55,501 bases of DNA from Candidatus Yanofskybacteria bacterium RIFCSPHIGHO2_02_FULL_43_17 (GCA_001794435.1 MGJU01000013.1:157196-212696); one strand, 5' to 3'; counted from the stretch's first letter, positions 17,147 through 25,776 are shown. A program made the numbers and translations. The notes: generated by a model not told the origin, from the sequence alone.

Positions 17147-19066
17147 CTATTTGATAGTTAGTTGTCGAATAAGTTCCGCTATCAACTTCCCCGTCTCCGG
17201 GTCAACGCTGGAATACTTCAGTCCTTCGTTAAGATCAATGAGCGCTTTCTCTTTGTTGTTAAGGGCGACATAAACAAGCGCGGAATTGTAGTAGACGCGA
17301 GGATTACCGGGGAGAAGTAGTTTTAATTTTTCTATATTTATTACCGTTTGAATAAAATCCCCCCGCTGTGCATAGATAACCGCCAAGTTTTGGTACGGGT
17401 AAAAAAAGCCGGGGTCAATCTCTATGGCCTTATTGAACTCTGCAATCGCGCCCTCAATGTCGCCCCTCGACTGCAATATGCTCCCGATATTAAAATGCGG
17501 CTGGGCAAAATCGTTCCCCGACCCGACGGCTTTTCTGTAATAAAACTCGGCCCGATCCATATCTCCTTGATTAAAATATCGGTTGCCAAGATTATTATTT
17601 ATCTTGATGCTGTCCGGCTCGTATTTGAGAATGTCTTTATAAAATTCGACGGGATTGCCCCATAAGACATTTCGCTGGACAGATTGATAACCAAAGAAAA
17701 GCAGGTAAGCTAGCAAGCCCGTAAGCAATAAGCCACGAAAAATTAGGTTTTTGGATTTTAAGAAATCAAACAGTTTAATCAAATAAAAAGAAGCTATGAG
17801 CCAAAAGCCGACCATCGGCAGATAAAGCCAGTGTTCGTATATTAAGGCGTTGATTGGCGTAATCCCGGAGACCATCGCCAGACCGATGAAAAACCAACCC
17901 GTTCCGAATAGCCAAATTCGGAATGGGAAAATTGTTACATTGTTAAATTGTCGAATTGTTGCACCTTCAGATTGTTGAATTGTTACATTGTTAAACCTCT
18001 CCTTCTTATACATAACAATTAAACAATATAGCAATATAGCAATGATTGTAGCACCAAGCCAGACCGGCCACTGGAACAGCGATGTATGCACCACCATACT
18101 TCGTTCCATATGAAGACCTGTGGGCACGAACAGTAAGCGGAAGTAATCAATCAGAACGTGCATAAAGGTAAAGAGGCGATAAATTATATTTTCCGAATAT
18201 GGGTTGGCTTTACTGTAGAAATTCAGAGTATTTTGAAAATTCAAAACCGTTAAGCGTAATATTCCGTAAACAGCAACAACCCCGAAATAAGGCAATGCTT
18301 CTTTAAACGCGTTCTTGACATCGAACACCTTAACGCCTGATGTCCCGCGGCCATCCAATGCCCGCCCGTCCTCTGGCGCGGTCGTTAATTTATTCTTATC
18401 GGAAAACGCGATATAAAACACCATCAAGAGAAAAGGAAATATAACTCCCGTTTCCCGGCTCAAAATCGCCAAAACAAAAGCCGCCAAAGACAAGGTTTTA
18501 AGCCACCGAAACCCTGTGGATAATCGACTTCGCAAGTCGATTATCCACAGGTAGAGGGCGAGGAGAATAAAGAACACCGACAACGGATCGCCACGGCCGG
18601 AGATATATGCAACAGCTTCGGTGTTGAGAGGATGAATAGCAAAAAAAAGCGCGGTTAAGAAGGCCACAATCTGGCCGGCATATCTTCGCAATAAAACAAA
18701 TACCAGCACTGCGTTGGCAATATGTATTGAGTTGCTTACTAAATGCCAAAGGAACGGTTTCGTTTCGGATACAACCCAATTAAGAGCAAAAGTGAAAAAG
18801 AGGAACGGTCTGTAATAGTTGCTCTGAAGTCCGATTCCAGCTAACGCATTGTTGGAAAACCAAAACTTTATACTTTCCCAATTTATTGAGTGGACGTAAA
18901 CATTGTTGATTATCCAATCATCGTCATCCCAAAAAAGCTCGTTGTTCAAGTTAAAAGAATAGACAAAACCGCCTATTACCACCAGGAATATAATCGGCAA
19001 CCATGCTTCTTTTTTATTCAGCAAGTTCATATTTATACTTTGAAAAAACCGGCCTATTCTTATCAT
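17147..19066 (-). CDS. TMTC-like polytopic membrane protein with C-terminal TPR repeats (paralog of 15210-17072)
   Basis: 639-aa ORF (alternative ATG at 19030); LFWDDDDWIINN motif, multiple TM helices, TPR repeats; contains three different mini-elements in frame. Confidence 0.6.
   Translation of the reverse strand: MIRIGRFFQSINMNLLNKKEAWLPIIFLVVIGGFVYSFNLNNELFWDDDDWIINNVYVHSINWESIKFWFSNNALAGIGLQSNYYRPFLFFTFALNWVVSETKPFLWHLVSNSIHIANAVLVFVLLRRYAGQIVAFLTALFFAIHPLNTEAVAYISGRGDPLSVFFILLALYLWIIDLRSRLSTGFRWLKTLSLAAFVLAILSRETGVIFPFLLMVFYIAFSDKNKLTTAPEDGRALDGRGTSGVKVFDVKNAFKEALPYFGVVAVYGILRLTVLNFQNTLNFYSKANPYSENIIYRLFTFMHVLIDYFRLLFVPTGLHMERSMVVHTSLFQWPVWLGATIIAILLYCLIVMYKKERFNNVTIQQSEGATIRQFNNVTIFPFRIWLFGTGWFFIGLAMVSGITPINALIYEHWLYLPMVGFWLIASFYLIKLFDFLKSKNLIFRGLLLTGLLAYLLFFGYQSVQRNVLWGNPVEFYKDILKYEPDSIKINNNLGNRYFNQGDMDRAEFYYRKAVGSGNDFAQPHFNIGSILQSRGDIEGAIAEFNKAIEIDPGFFYPYQNLAVIYAQRGDFIQTVINIEKLKLLLPGNPRVYYNSALVYVALNNKEKALIDLNEGLKYSSVDPETGKLIAELIRQLTIK
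17931..18045. repeat. 8-nt-period inverted array (ATTGTTNN)n ... (AACAATNN/AGCAATNN)n inside CDS
   Basis: eight 8-nt units at 17931-17994, seven starting ATTGT (17-nt direct duplication attgttacattgttaaa); reverse-oriented units aacaatta aacaatat agcaatat agcaatga at 18014-18045. Confidence 0.75.
18314..18388. repeat. T-hairpin element copy T2 (long, composite form), inside CDS
   Basis: cttgacatcg...ttaacgcctgatgtcccgcggccatccaatg-cccgcccgtcctctggcgcg-gtcgttaa; shares about 55 nt with T4 in opposite orientation; read as LTTAPEDGRALDGRGTSGVKVFDVK. Confidence 0.7.
18514..18550. repeat. REP palindrome copy 2, inside CDS
   Basis: Identical 37-mer; read in frame as LWIIDLRSRLSTG. Confidence 0.95.
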
Positions 19067-20624
19067 TGTTTTTAACCAAGATTATAGCATTTTCGTTAAT
19101 AAACACCACTTTCCAGTCAGAATTCCTAATTATACTTTTTAAGAACGCTTGCCCCCACGGCGTCGCGTCAGTGTGGCCGAAAAATATGAAGTTAATACCA
19201 TATTTGTTGGAAAACTCCTCCCACTTCTCTCTGTTTTCCTGCATCGGCTTGTATATCTCGCTGAAAAATTCTACTGAATATGCCTCCGGGCGGTTATCAA
19301 CGAATACTTTTTCCTCCGGCAATTTCCATATCAGATAGCCGCCAATGTCAAAATTATTGAACATAGGCCCCTCTATATTATTCTTCTTAACAAAACTAGC
19401 CGCACGTTCCAGTCCGTCTGGAACTGAAAAACCGAAAGTTTTTGATAATCTCGCCCATTTATAATAACCTCCGCTCGCCACAAAAAAAATCATAAAAACC
19501 AGAAAAACGACCAGCAACATCTTGGCCGCCCACTGAAGCCTGGCTTCTGCCTGCCTCCAGAAGCCTGGCTTCTGGAAAGCTGAAAACACATCGGTTAGCA
19601 AGATTACCATCACCGGAAAAGATGCCAGCGCGTATAAGGGCAAATTGCGAAGCATCCTGAATCCGGCATAAATAAAGAAGGTGGAAATTAAAATTTCGAA
19701 AATCCTTTCTTTTGTCTTCTTGACGGTCAGCAAAAAAGAAACAACCAGAACCGCCGTTGAGATCTTAAAAATAAAAATCGACAAATTAAAACCGAATAAA
19801 TCAGCCAAAAAAGCAAGCGTTTGGTTTTCAACAATGCTGTAACCATATTCTTTCAGGATATTAAAAGGCAGTAGCGCTCCCTGAATTCCGGCGGGATTTA
19901 TAAGAGTAGCCAATCCGATCAATCCGCCGACCAGTAACAATTTTTGTATTACGTATTTCGTATTTCGTATTATGGGATCAAATAAGCGGTCAATAAAAAA
20001 GGCCAAAAACAAGATTGGGCCGATGAAGAAATAGATGTGGAGGTTAACCCACAACAACTGCGCCAACGGCAAAAACCATAACCAAGACGGAGTTTTAACA
20101 TCGGGAGTCCCGCGGACTTCCGATGTTGTTAATTCGTATTTCGCCTTAAACAACGCGGATAAGAAAAACGCTAGTATCAAAAAACTGAAAATCTCCGGCC
20201 TCACCTCCGTCCGGGAAATAAATATAAATATTGAGAGAACGAAAGAAACAATTATTGGCCAAAAACCTACTCTAACCCCTGTGGATAATCGACTTCGCAA
20301 GTCGATTATCCACAGGGGTTTAATGGTTAAAAGCAAGAGTATAAACGTCGCCAGAACTACAAAAATCTTAAGCAAGATAAGGCCGGTGAATCCGCCCAAA
20401 TTATAGACGCCGTAAAATATTACTTCGCTTAGCCAATGATGATTTGTAAACGGAAAGTCCGGCTCGGTGAAAGAGAATAGGTTGGTTGTCGGAACACTTT
20501 TTGTCTCCCAAATTATCTCCCCTGTCTTCAAATGCCGCCCGATATCCTGGCCGATAGAATCAAAATTGTGAACCAGAAAAACGGCCAGAAGACCGAAAAG
20601 AAGAATAAAAGTCAGGAGTTTCAT
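19014..20624 (-). CDS. Polytopic membrane protein, possibly GT-C-type glycosyltransferase (function uncertain)
   Basis: 536-aa ORF with more than 10 TM helices and a soluble C-terminal domain; contains four different mini-elements in frame; overlaps the start of 17147-19066. Confidence 0.5.
   Translation of the reverse strand: MKLLTFILLFGLLAVFLVHNFDSIGQDIGRHLKTGEIIWETKSVPTTNLFSFTEPDFPFTNHHWLSEVIFYGVYNLGGFTGLILLKIFVVLATFILLLLTIKPLWIIDLRSRLSTGVRVGFWPIIVSFVLSIFIFISRTEVRPEIFSFLILAFFLSALFKAKYELTTSEVRGTPDVKTPSWLWFLPLAQLLWVNLHIYFFIGPILFLAFFIDRLFDPIIRNTKYVIQKLLLVGGLIGLATLINPAGIQGALLPFNILKEYGYSIVENQTLAFLADLFGFNLSIFIFKISTAVLVVSFLLTVKKTKERIFEILISTFFIYAGFRMLRNLPLYALASFPVMVILLTDVFSAFQKPGFWRQAEARLQWAAKMLLVVFLVFMIFFVASGGYYKWARLSKTFGFSVPDGLERAASFVKKNNIEGPMFNNFDIGGYLIWKLPEEKVFVDNRPEAYSVEFFSEIYKPMQENREKWEEFSNKYGINFIFFGHTDATPWGQAFLKSIIRNSDWKVVFINENAIILVKNNDKNRPVFSKYKYELAE
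19534..19575. repeat. 17-nt direct repeat of a palindromic unit (gaagcctggcttc) inside CDS
   Basis: ctgaagcctggcttctg at 19533-19549 and cagaagcctggcttctg at 19558-19574 (16/17 identical); translated QKPGFWRQAEARLQW. Confidence 0.7.
19944..19971. repeat. Heptamer array (NCGTATT)x4, inside CDS
   Basis: ttgtatt acgtatt tcgtatt tcgtatt; translated IRNTKYVIQ. Confidence 0.75.
20095..20132. repeat. T-hairpin element copy T3 (short form), inside CDS
   Basis: ttaacatcgggagtcc-cgc-ggacttccgatgttgttaa; read as LTTSEVRGTPDVK. Confidence 0.8.
20279..20315. repeat. REP palindrome copy 3, inside CDS
   Basis: Identical 37-mer; arms extend to 20 bp (cccctgtgg...ccacagggg, 20276-20318); read as LWIIDLRSRLSTG. 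Confidence 0.95.
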
Positions 20625-20632
20625 TTATTAAT

Positions 20633-20663
20633 AACTTCGCAAGTCCAATGGACTTGCGAAGTT
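20633..20663. repeat. REP-core variant hairpin (no DnaA-box arms), intergenic
   Basis: aacttcgcaagtcca-a-tggacttgcgaagtt; shares the cttcgcaagtc / gacttgcgaag core with the REP; sits between the stop of 20684-21355 and the start of 19014-20624. Confidence 0.6.
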
Positions 20664-20683
20664 GATAATCACCGGCATTGCGT

Positions 20684-21355
20684 TTACGGCAGAACTACTG
20701 TTATTTTCCCGTCGCACTGTTTCTCAAACACTTTCACATTGCCTCCGACTGTTACGAAATTGCCTTTATCGTCCACAAGCCGGCCATACTGCATCTTGGC
20801 GGTTAATTCGTATTGTTCATATTTAGGATTTTCCGGCAAAGTGATGCTTAGTAAATTTTCTCCGTTCGGCAGAACCAATCTACCGAAAATATTCGGCCCA
20901 ACCGATAAATCGTCTTGGGGAATTACCGTCCAGAAAATATTCCTTGCCGGATGGTCAACACCGCTGTAAATGAATTTCGCGTCTTGGTTGTCGTAAGTAT
21001 TGTGATTAAGAAATTTGATTTCGCCTTGCAAACGGCACGATGCCTGGCCCAAAAGCAAACTCCACGGCACCGGCTCGTCTGTAAAGGAGGTCCTACCATC
21101 TCCGGTAGGCAAAGGCACGCTTGACGCGATCGGTCTGGGAGTTGGCATTGGAGAAAGATTGTCTGTTGCTTGCGGTGAGCCAGTCGAATCCGCTGACGGT
21201 TCCGGAGAATTAATGGCCGCGCCAGAGGACGGGCGGGCATCGGATGGCTGTTGGACATCCGATGTCCAACGCCAAAATCCCCCGAAATAAACAGCGGACA
21301 AAACTGCTCCGATGATCACAATTAATAAAAATAATTTGTTTTTTAATATAGTCAT
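20684..21355 (-). CDS. Membrane-anchored hypothetical protein
   Basis: Start moved to the ATG at 21355 (MTILKNKLFLLIVIIGAV, TM helix); the longer 21487 start would read through a structured palindrome; T4 element sits in frame near the N-terminus. Confidence 0.5.
   Translation of the reverse strand: MTILKNKLFLLIVIIGAVLSAVYFGGFWRWTSDVQQPSDARPSSGAAINSPEPSADSTGSPQATDNLSPMPTPRPIASSVPLPTGDGRTSFTDEPVPWSLLLGQASCRLQGEIKFLNHNTYDNQDAKFIYSGVDHPARNIFWTVIPQDDLSVGPNIFGRLVLPNGENLLSITLPENPKYEQYELTAKMQYGRLVDDKGNFVTVGGNVKVFEKQCDGKITVVLP
21210..21273. repeat. T-hairpin element copy T4 (long form), inside CDS
   Basis: ttaatggccgcgccagaggacgggcgggcatcggatggctgttggacatccgatgtccaacgcc; the first 34 nt match the reverse complement of T2 at 31/34. 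Confidence 0.7.
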
Positions 21356-21398
21356 AATCTTAAAATAGTAACTAAATAATCTTCTAAAATCAAGTAAA

Positions 21399-21469
21399 CC
21401 AGGTAGTAGATTTTTGAGATGCGGCTTTGGCCGCAAGTGGCAGAGCCAACTCAAAAATTCACTACCTGG
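21399..21469. other. 71-nt structured palindromic element (possible sRNA, leader structure or MITE)
   Basis: 20-nt arms ccaggtagtagatttttgag / ctcaaaaattcactacctgg (18/20 complementary) enclosing the gcggc-tttg-gccgc hairpin. Confidence 0.5.
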
Positions 21470-21477
21470 CAAACCAA

Positions 21478-21506
21478 AACCCCACACATAAATTATGTGT
21501 GGGGTT
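21478..21506 (-). terminator. Intrinsic terminator after the 1228-aa gene
   Basis: aaccccacacat-aaatt-atgtgtggggtt, 12-bp stem; followed on the minus strand by TTTGGTTTG. Confidence 0.75.
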
Positions 21507-21593
21507 GGTTATCATAACCGATCTCATCGCAGATCAGTCAGATATTTACCAGATTACCTCTGGAGAGTCTAACTCCCCTTCAGATAGCTACTA

Positions 21594-24500
21594 CTATCTT
21601 TGGAAGGTAGGACCGTACAAGGGCAAACTCTTTAGAGTACCGGTTACTGAAGCGGTATCCGCGGCAGTTGTTCCGTTGTTGTAGTCAGCAACCCAGTTGA
21701 TCAATCCGGCTTCGTTATCAAGCAGCCGTACTTGGAAGTAGTCAGCCGCTCGTCCTGTGTCGGTTGTCTTAGCATAGTTCGTGTTCGGGTTGGTGATCTG
21801 GATGTAGAAGGTCTTTGTCAAACCTCCGCCGATCTCCACATCTTTGCTTGAGAAGTCAAAGGTTAGAGATGCGACATTCGGCGAGGATGTCTTAGCATCC
21901 TGCGTCAAGGTATTGTTGTCAATCAACACATTGCCTTCATCATATACAGAGAAAGCAGTGCTTGCGCCTTCTCCAACAATATACTGACCGGATGATACCA
22001 CGCCAAACTTGAAGGAACCTGAACCAGCGGCTTCGTTGTCAAATCGCAGCGTTGAGTCGGAAAGACCTCTCGCCGTGATCGAGAACTTGAACACCGTTGG
22101 TGTGCCTGTAAAGCTGTAAGGCGCCGCCAAGGCAACCTGTGCGATTTCCGGATACACCCTATAGACATACTGGTCGTTTGAACCAAGCACATCATTGATG
22201 TTTGAGGATGTACCGTCAAGAACCGTGCCTGAACCGTCTCCAACCGCTCTGAATCCGTTAGCGTGACTTCCGTTGTACTTGTCAACTAAGTCCAACGAGA
22301 AGTACACGGATGCCGGCGAAGCGTTAGTCGGTGTCGCACCTTCTGTCTTGGTCTTCATATCGGCATTAACCGCTATATCCAACGAAGAATCCTGCGGTAC
22401 ATAAGGCCTGTTGGCGTCTCCGGTTGACCACGCAAAGTTCACAGAAGCCGCATTACCAATCGATTGACTGGTCGTTAATGTGCTTCCCGCTTTGTTCTTA
22501 TAGGTCAAGTGAACTGTCTTGACATTGTTCTTGGCATGAGTGTTTTCCGTGGAATCAGACGCAGTGAATGTCAATTTCTCGATGTATTGGCCTTCATCCG
22601 TAGAGCTCAACCTGAACTTGGATACCGGAGCGTTGGCCTGTCCCCAGTAGATAGCACCTTTCTGCGGACTGTCTGCCGAGGTCGCCAAGGTCATCGAACC
22701 GTTGTTCTTTACGGTCAAGACCTGCGTCGGAGCGGCAGCAGTGCCGTTCACTTTTTGGTTGCCCGGGTTGACCGTGTTGGAATCAACATCCAACGCGGTT
22801 ACATCTGCCGTTCCGGCGATATCAAAGGCGTAATCGTCTCCGGCTGTACCGGACGCGGTGTTGTTGGACAAGTCAACCCTGACCAACATCGTCTTTGAAG
22901 TACCGGCTGGAATGTTCCAGTTCAAATTGCTGAAGGTCATCGTACCGGTTCCGGAAGTACCCAGAATGTTGCTGGTTACCTTGTCGGTACCGGCAATCAA
23001 AGTGCCTGTCTCTGACTCATACAACTGAACTTTGGCCATAGCGTTGGCAACCGTTACAGCAGTGTCTTCGTCAGGCGATACACCTTCGTCAAATGTCGTT
23101 TCAGACGAACCGTTATCGTTCGCGTAACCGGTGATCTTGATGGTGGTTACCTTAAGCGCGGAGGCTTGGCCTGCGGCAAAAGTAACACCTACGACATTAG
23201 TATCTTTCGTGCCTCTGATCTTTGTTTGATCGGCAGGACTGCCGGCCAAGCTCAAAGTCAATGCGGAAGAAGAAAGCGTGATGTTGTTACCGGCGATATC
23301 CGCTCGCGGAACTATGTCGGCAGCGGCAACCGAGGTATTCGTGCCGGCGTATTTCAACACCGTCACATCTCCAGCATCATCCGAGTAGTCGTCAAGAACG
23401 GCTCTCAAGACATCTCCTGAAGCAAGCAAAACACCACTACCAGTATCGTCAGCGGTTATATCAGCCGTAACTTTGTAGTTGTATGTCTTACCGGCCATCC
23501 AATCAACAGTATCAGTAAACGATTTCTCAGCTCCTGTTACTGCATCAGGGCATGCGCCAGAATTAGATGCGGTGAATGCAGAACCATCCTGCGGACCGAT
23601 AACAACAGCGTTGAGATCTTCATCCCAAACCTTGAAATCGGTCAGGTCACCCCAGCCGTTTGTCGTGTCGGCAGCAGCATCGTATGTGCCATTGCCGGTG
23701 TCGTCCTTACAGAGAACGAATTCGTGCTTCTTGGCTTCAATGTTTGAAGCGGCGGTTACGGTGTATCGGAGCAGAGTAACATCAGTTACCGTGGTTCCAA
23801 CCGTAGTAGCCGAAGGACCGACGAATGTAAGCGTCAATGCGCCTCCCTGAAGAGTCAAGGTGGTAGCATCTGATGCGCTGTCTAAGGCCGTATCAGTTAC
23901 CGCCATCGGCTGACCAAACTGGTCGCCGATAACATAGGTGTCGGTGTCATACTCAAAGTAAAGGTCAACGGTTTCATCTTTCTTTCCACCCACATCACCT
24001 AATACTTTGAAGACCGCATTACCGCCTTTGGCGATAAAGTGGCCGGAACCGAGGTCAAAGACCACATAACCGTTGGAAGTTGAAGTGCCTGCCCACTCCT
24101 GACCAGTTAAGGTTTGTAACTTAACATTGGTCAAGTCGGATGGTTTCAAAGTTCCGCCATTGATCATGGTAATTCTCTTTACGGTTCCGCCTTCGGTCGC
24201 GGTTGTGTACTTGAATTCAGACAACAACGCCTGCCTCTGACCGACAGTTGGGTCAGACAATGAACCGGATTTCGCGACTGTTACTGTGCCGGATGAAGCT
24301 CCTGATACAGTGAAACTGTTGCCGCTCACGGGCAAACCGGATACTGAAGCTCCTCCGGTTAAGGTTACTCCTGTCAACTGAACGTAGTTGACATTGCCAA
24401 CCGTAGCCGTCGCCATATCACCGACTACTGAGAGGTCTTGAGTACCGCTAACAGCTTTGTTCAGCAAGAATGTGAGAGTACCGTCCGCGGATGAAAATGA

Positions 24501-25280
24501 TTTACCCGAAGTCAGACGAGTAGCTCCCTCATAGACATAAACATTGCCAAAGTCGGCCGCAACGCCAGGACCAGATCTTTTGACGGTTAAAGTGTTAACC
24601 GTACCGGAACCGCTTAGTCGGAATCTCAAGTATTCAACTCCGACTGCGTTTCTGGTGATAGTCGCACCAGCTGGGTTGCCGGGAGCCAAGCTCGCGGACA
24701 ACGGACCAGATGGAGCCGGTGTAACTGAACCGCCTCTTGTGTATGCGGGAACCTGATTTACCGAAGTATAGTCGGCACCCATACCATAGAGAGCTTTTTC
24801 AGCTGCGTTGATAACGAAGACTTTCTTGAAGAAGTTCGGGTCATCAGCGACTGCCTGCGCTCCGGAGGTATTAACCCATCGGAGATTGGCTACGTCTTCT
24901 CCTGTTGTTTCCAATCCATAGACCTTCTCATCTCCGTCAACTCGGAATAATCCGGAGGTTGGGAATGCATCTCTCGTTGCCGGAGAAACATTCTTCACCG
25001 CGGCGAATCCGCCAAGATGACCATAGAGTCCGAAGATCGCGGGATTCAAGAACAATCTCTTGTATCCCTGTTCATTGACGATATATACATCCGGATCGTC
25101 AGAACCGGCTGCGCTGACAGTGTCGCCCTCTTTGAGGCCATAGTCAGCTGGAGTCGCGCCCCATGCTGTTGGAGCAAGATACGCGACACCCGATAGCACC
25201 AATACGGTCGCTACCGCAGTAAGCACCGTGAAGGTTTTCAAAAACCTTTCTTGGGCCTTTTGTTTGAATAAAATATCCAT
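21594..25280 (-). CDS. Giant surface (S-layer-like?) protein with many Thr/Ser/Gly/Ala/Val-rich beta-type repeats
   Basis: 1228-aa ORF; signal peptide ending AWG/ATP; residues 49-183 paralogous to the 12583-13788 module; remainder low in Cys and charge. Confidence 0.7.
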   Translation of the reverse strand: MDILFKQKAQERFLKTFTVLTAVATVLVLSGVAYLAPTAWGATPADYGLKEGDTVSAAGSDDPDVYIVNEQGYKRLFLNPAIFGLYGHLGGFAAVKNVSPATRDAFPTSGLFRVDGDEKVYGLETTGEDVANLRWVNTSGAQAVADDPNFFKKVFVINAAEKALYGMGADYTSVNQVPAYTRGGSVTPAPSGPLSASLAPGNPAGATITRNAVGVEYLRFRLSGSGTVNTLTVKRSGPGVAADFGNVYVYEGATRLTSGKSFSSADGTLTFLLNKAVSGTQDLSVVGDMATATVGNVNYVQLTGVTLTGGASVSGLPVSGNSFTVSGASSGTVTVAKSGSLSDPTVGQRQALLSEFKYTTATEGGTVKRITMINGGTLKPSDLTNVKLQTLTGQEWAGTSTSNGYVVFDLGSGHFIAKGGNAVFKVLGDVGGKKDETVDLYFEYDTDTYVIGDQFGQPMAVTDTALDSASDATTLTLQGGALTLTFVGPSATTVGTTVTDVTLLRYTVTAASNIEAKKHEFVLCKDDTGNGTYDAAADTTNGWGDLTDFKVWDEDLNAVVIGPQDGSAFTASNSGACPDAVTGAEKSFTDTVDWMAGKTYNYKVTADITADDTGSGVLLASGDVLRAVLDDYSDDAGDVTVLKYAGTNTSVAAADIVPRADIAGNNITLSSSALTLSLAGSPADQTKIRGTKDTNVVGVTFAAGQASALKVTTIKITGYANDNGSSETTFDEGVSPDEDTAVTVANAMAKVQLYESETGTLIAGTDKVTSNILGTSGTGTMTFSNLNWNIPAGTSKTMLVRVDLSNNTASGTAGDDYAFDIAGTADVTALDVDSNTVNPGNQKVNGTAAAPTQVLTVKNNGSMTLATSADSPQKGAIYWGQANAPVSKFRLSSTDEGQYIEKLTFTASDSTENTHAKNNVKTVHLTYKNKAGSTLTTSQSIGNAASVNFAWSTGDANRPYVPQDSSLDIAVNADMKTKTEGATPTNASPASVYFSLDLVDKYNGSHANGFRAVGDGSGTVLDGTSSNINDVLGSNDQYVYRVYPEIAQVALAAPYSFTGTPTVFKFSITARGLSDSTLRFDNEAAGSGSFKFGVVSSGQYIVGEGASTAFSVYDEGNVLIDNNTLTQDAKTSSPNVASLTFDFSSKDVEIGGGLTKTFYIQITNPNTNYAKTTDTGRAADYFQVRLLDNEAGLINWVADYNNGTTAADTASVTGTLKSLPLYGPTFQR

Positions 25281-25748
25281 TTTAATTTATTTATTTGCCC
25301 TGAACCGTAACTGTTCTATCGCTCTTACTATGAGGATAGATCGACCAGTTCCGGAACAGAGTTTGATTACTGTTTTATTTTACTATCTTTAATTCCCTCA
25401 CTGTTTTAAGGTCTTATTTCATCGTCGCCGAATTTACTTTTAATTCGACCGGTAAATTATTGGAGACGACTTTTTTCGACTCAAGACCTTTGTTCGCAAA
25501 TTTAATATACTTTTCTGATTTCGCTACATTATTGTCTTTCTCCTGATTTTCAACGTTCGTTCGTTAGCTATCCGCTTCTGATAACGACCTGGGTCATCTC
25601 CAGAAGCGGCCAGCCCATATGATTCGACACTACTCACCACAAGAAACACAAAGCAGCCAAAACGTGGCTACACCTTAGTCGAGTTAACTATTGCATTTGT
25701 CATAATTTACGCTGTTTTGCTGGATATATGCGAATTTTTGACTTTCTT

Positions 25749-25776
25749 ATGCTAGCAAACTAGTTGAGAAAGTCAA
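25749..25776 (-). promoter_or_regulatory. Weak candidate promoter within an inverted repeat of TTGACT boxes
   Basis: Minus strand TTGACT (25776-25771), 16 nt, TAGCAT (25754-25749); 10-bp inverted repeat ttgactttct / agaaagtcaa at 25738-25747 and 25767-25776. Confidence 0.2.

Noticed and set aside
21356-21487. N-terminal extension of 20684-21487 (MWGFGLPGSEFLSW...)
   Set aside because: It reads straight through the 71-nt structured palindrome at 21399-21469. A good Met followed by a TM helix begins at 21355.
25640-25660. An agcagcca string reminiscent of the SRP RNA domain IV motif
   Set aside because: The surrounding GGAA/GNAR loops and the symmetric helix are absent, so this is most likely chance.
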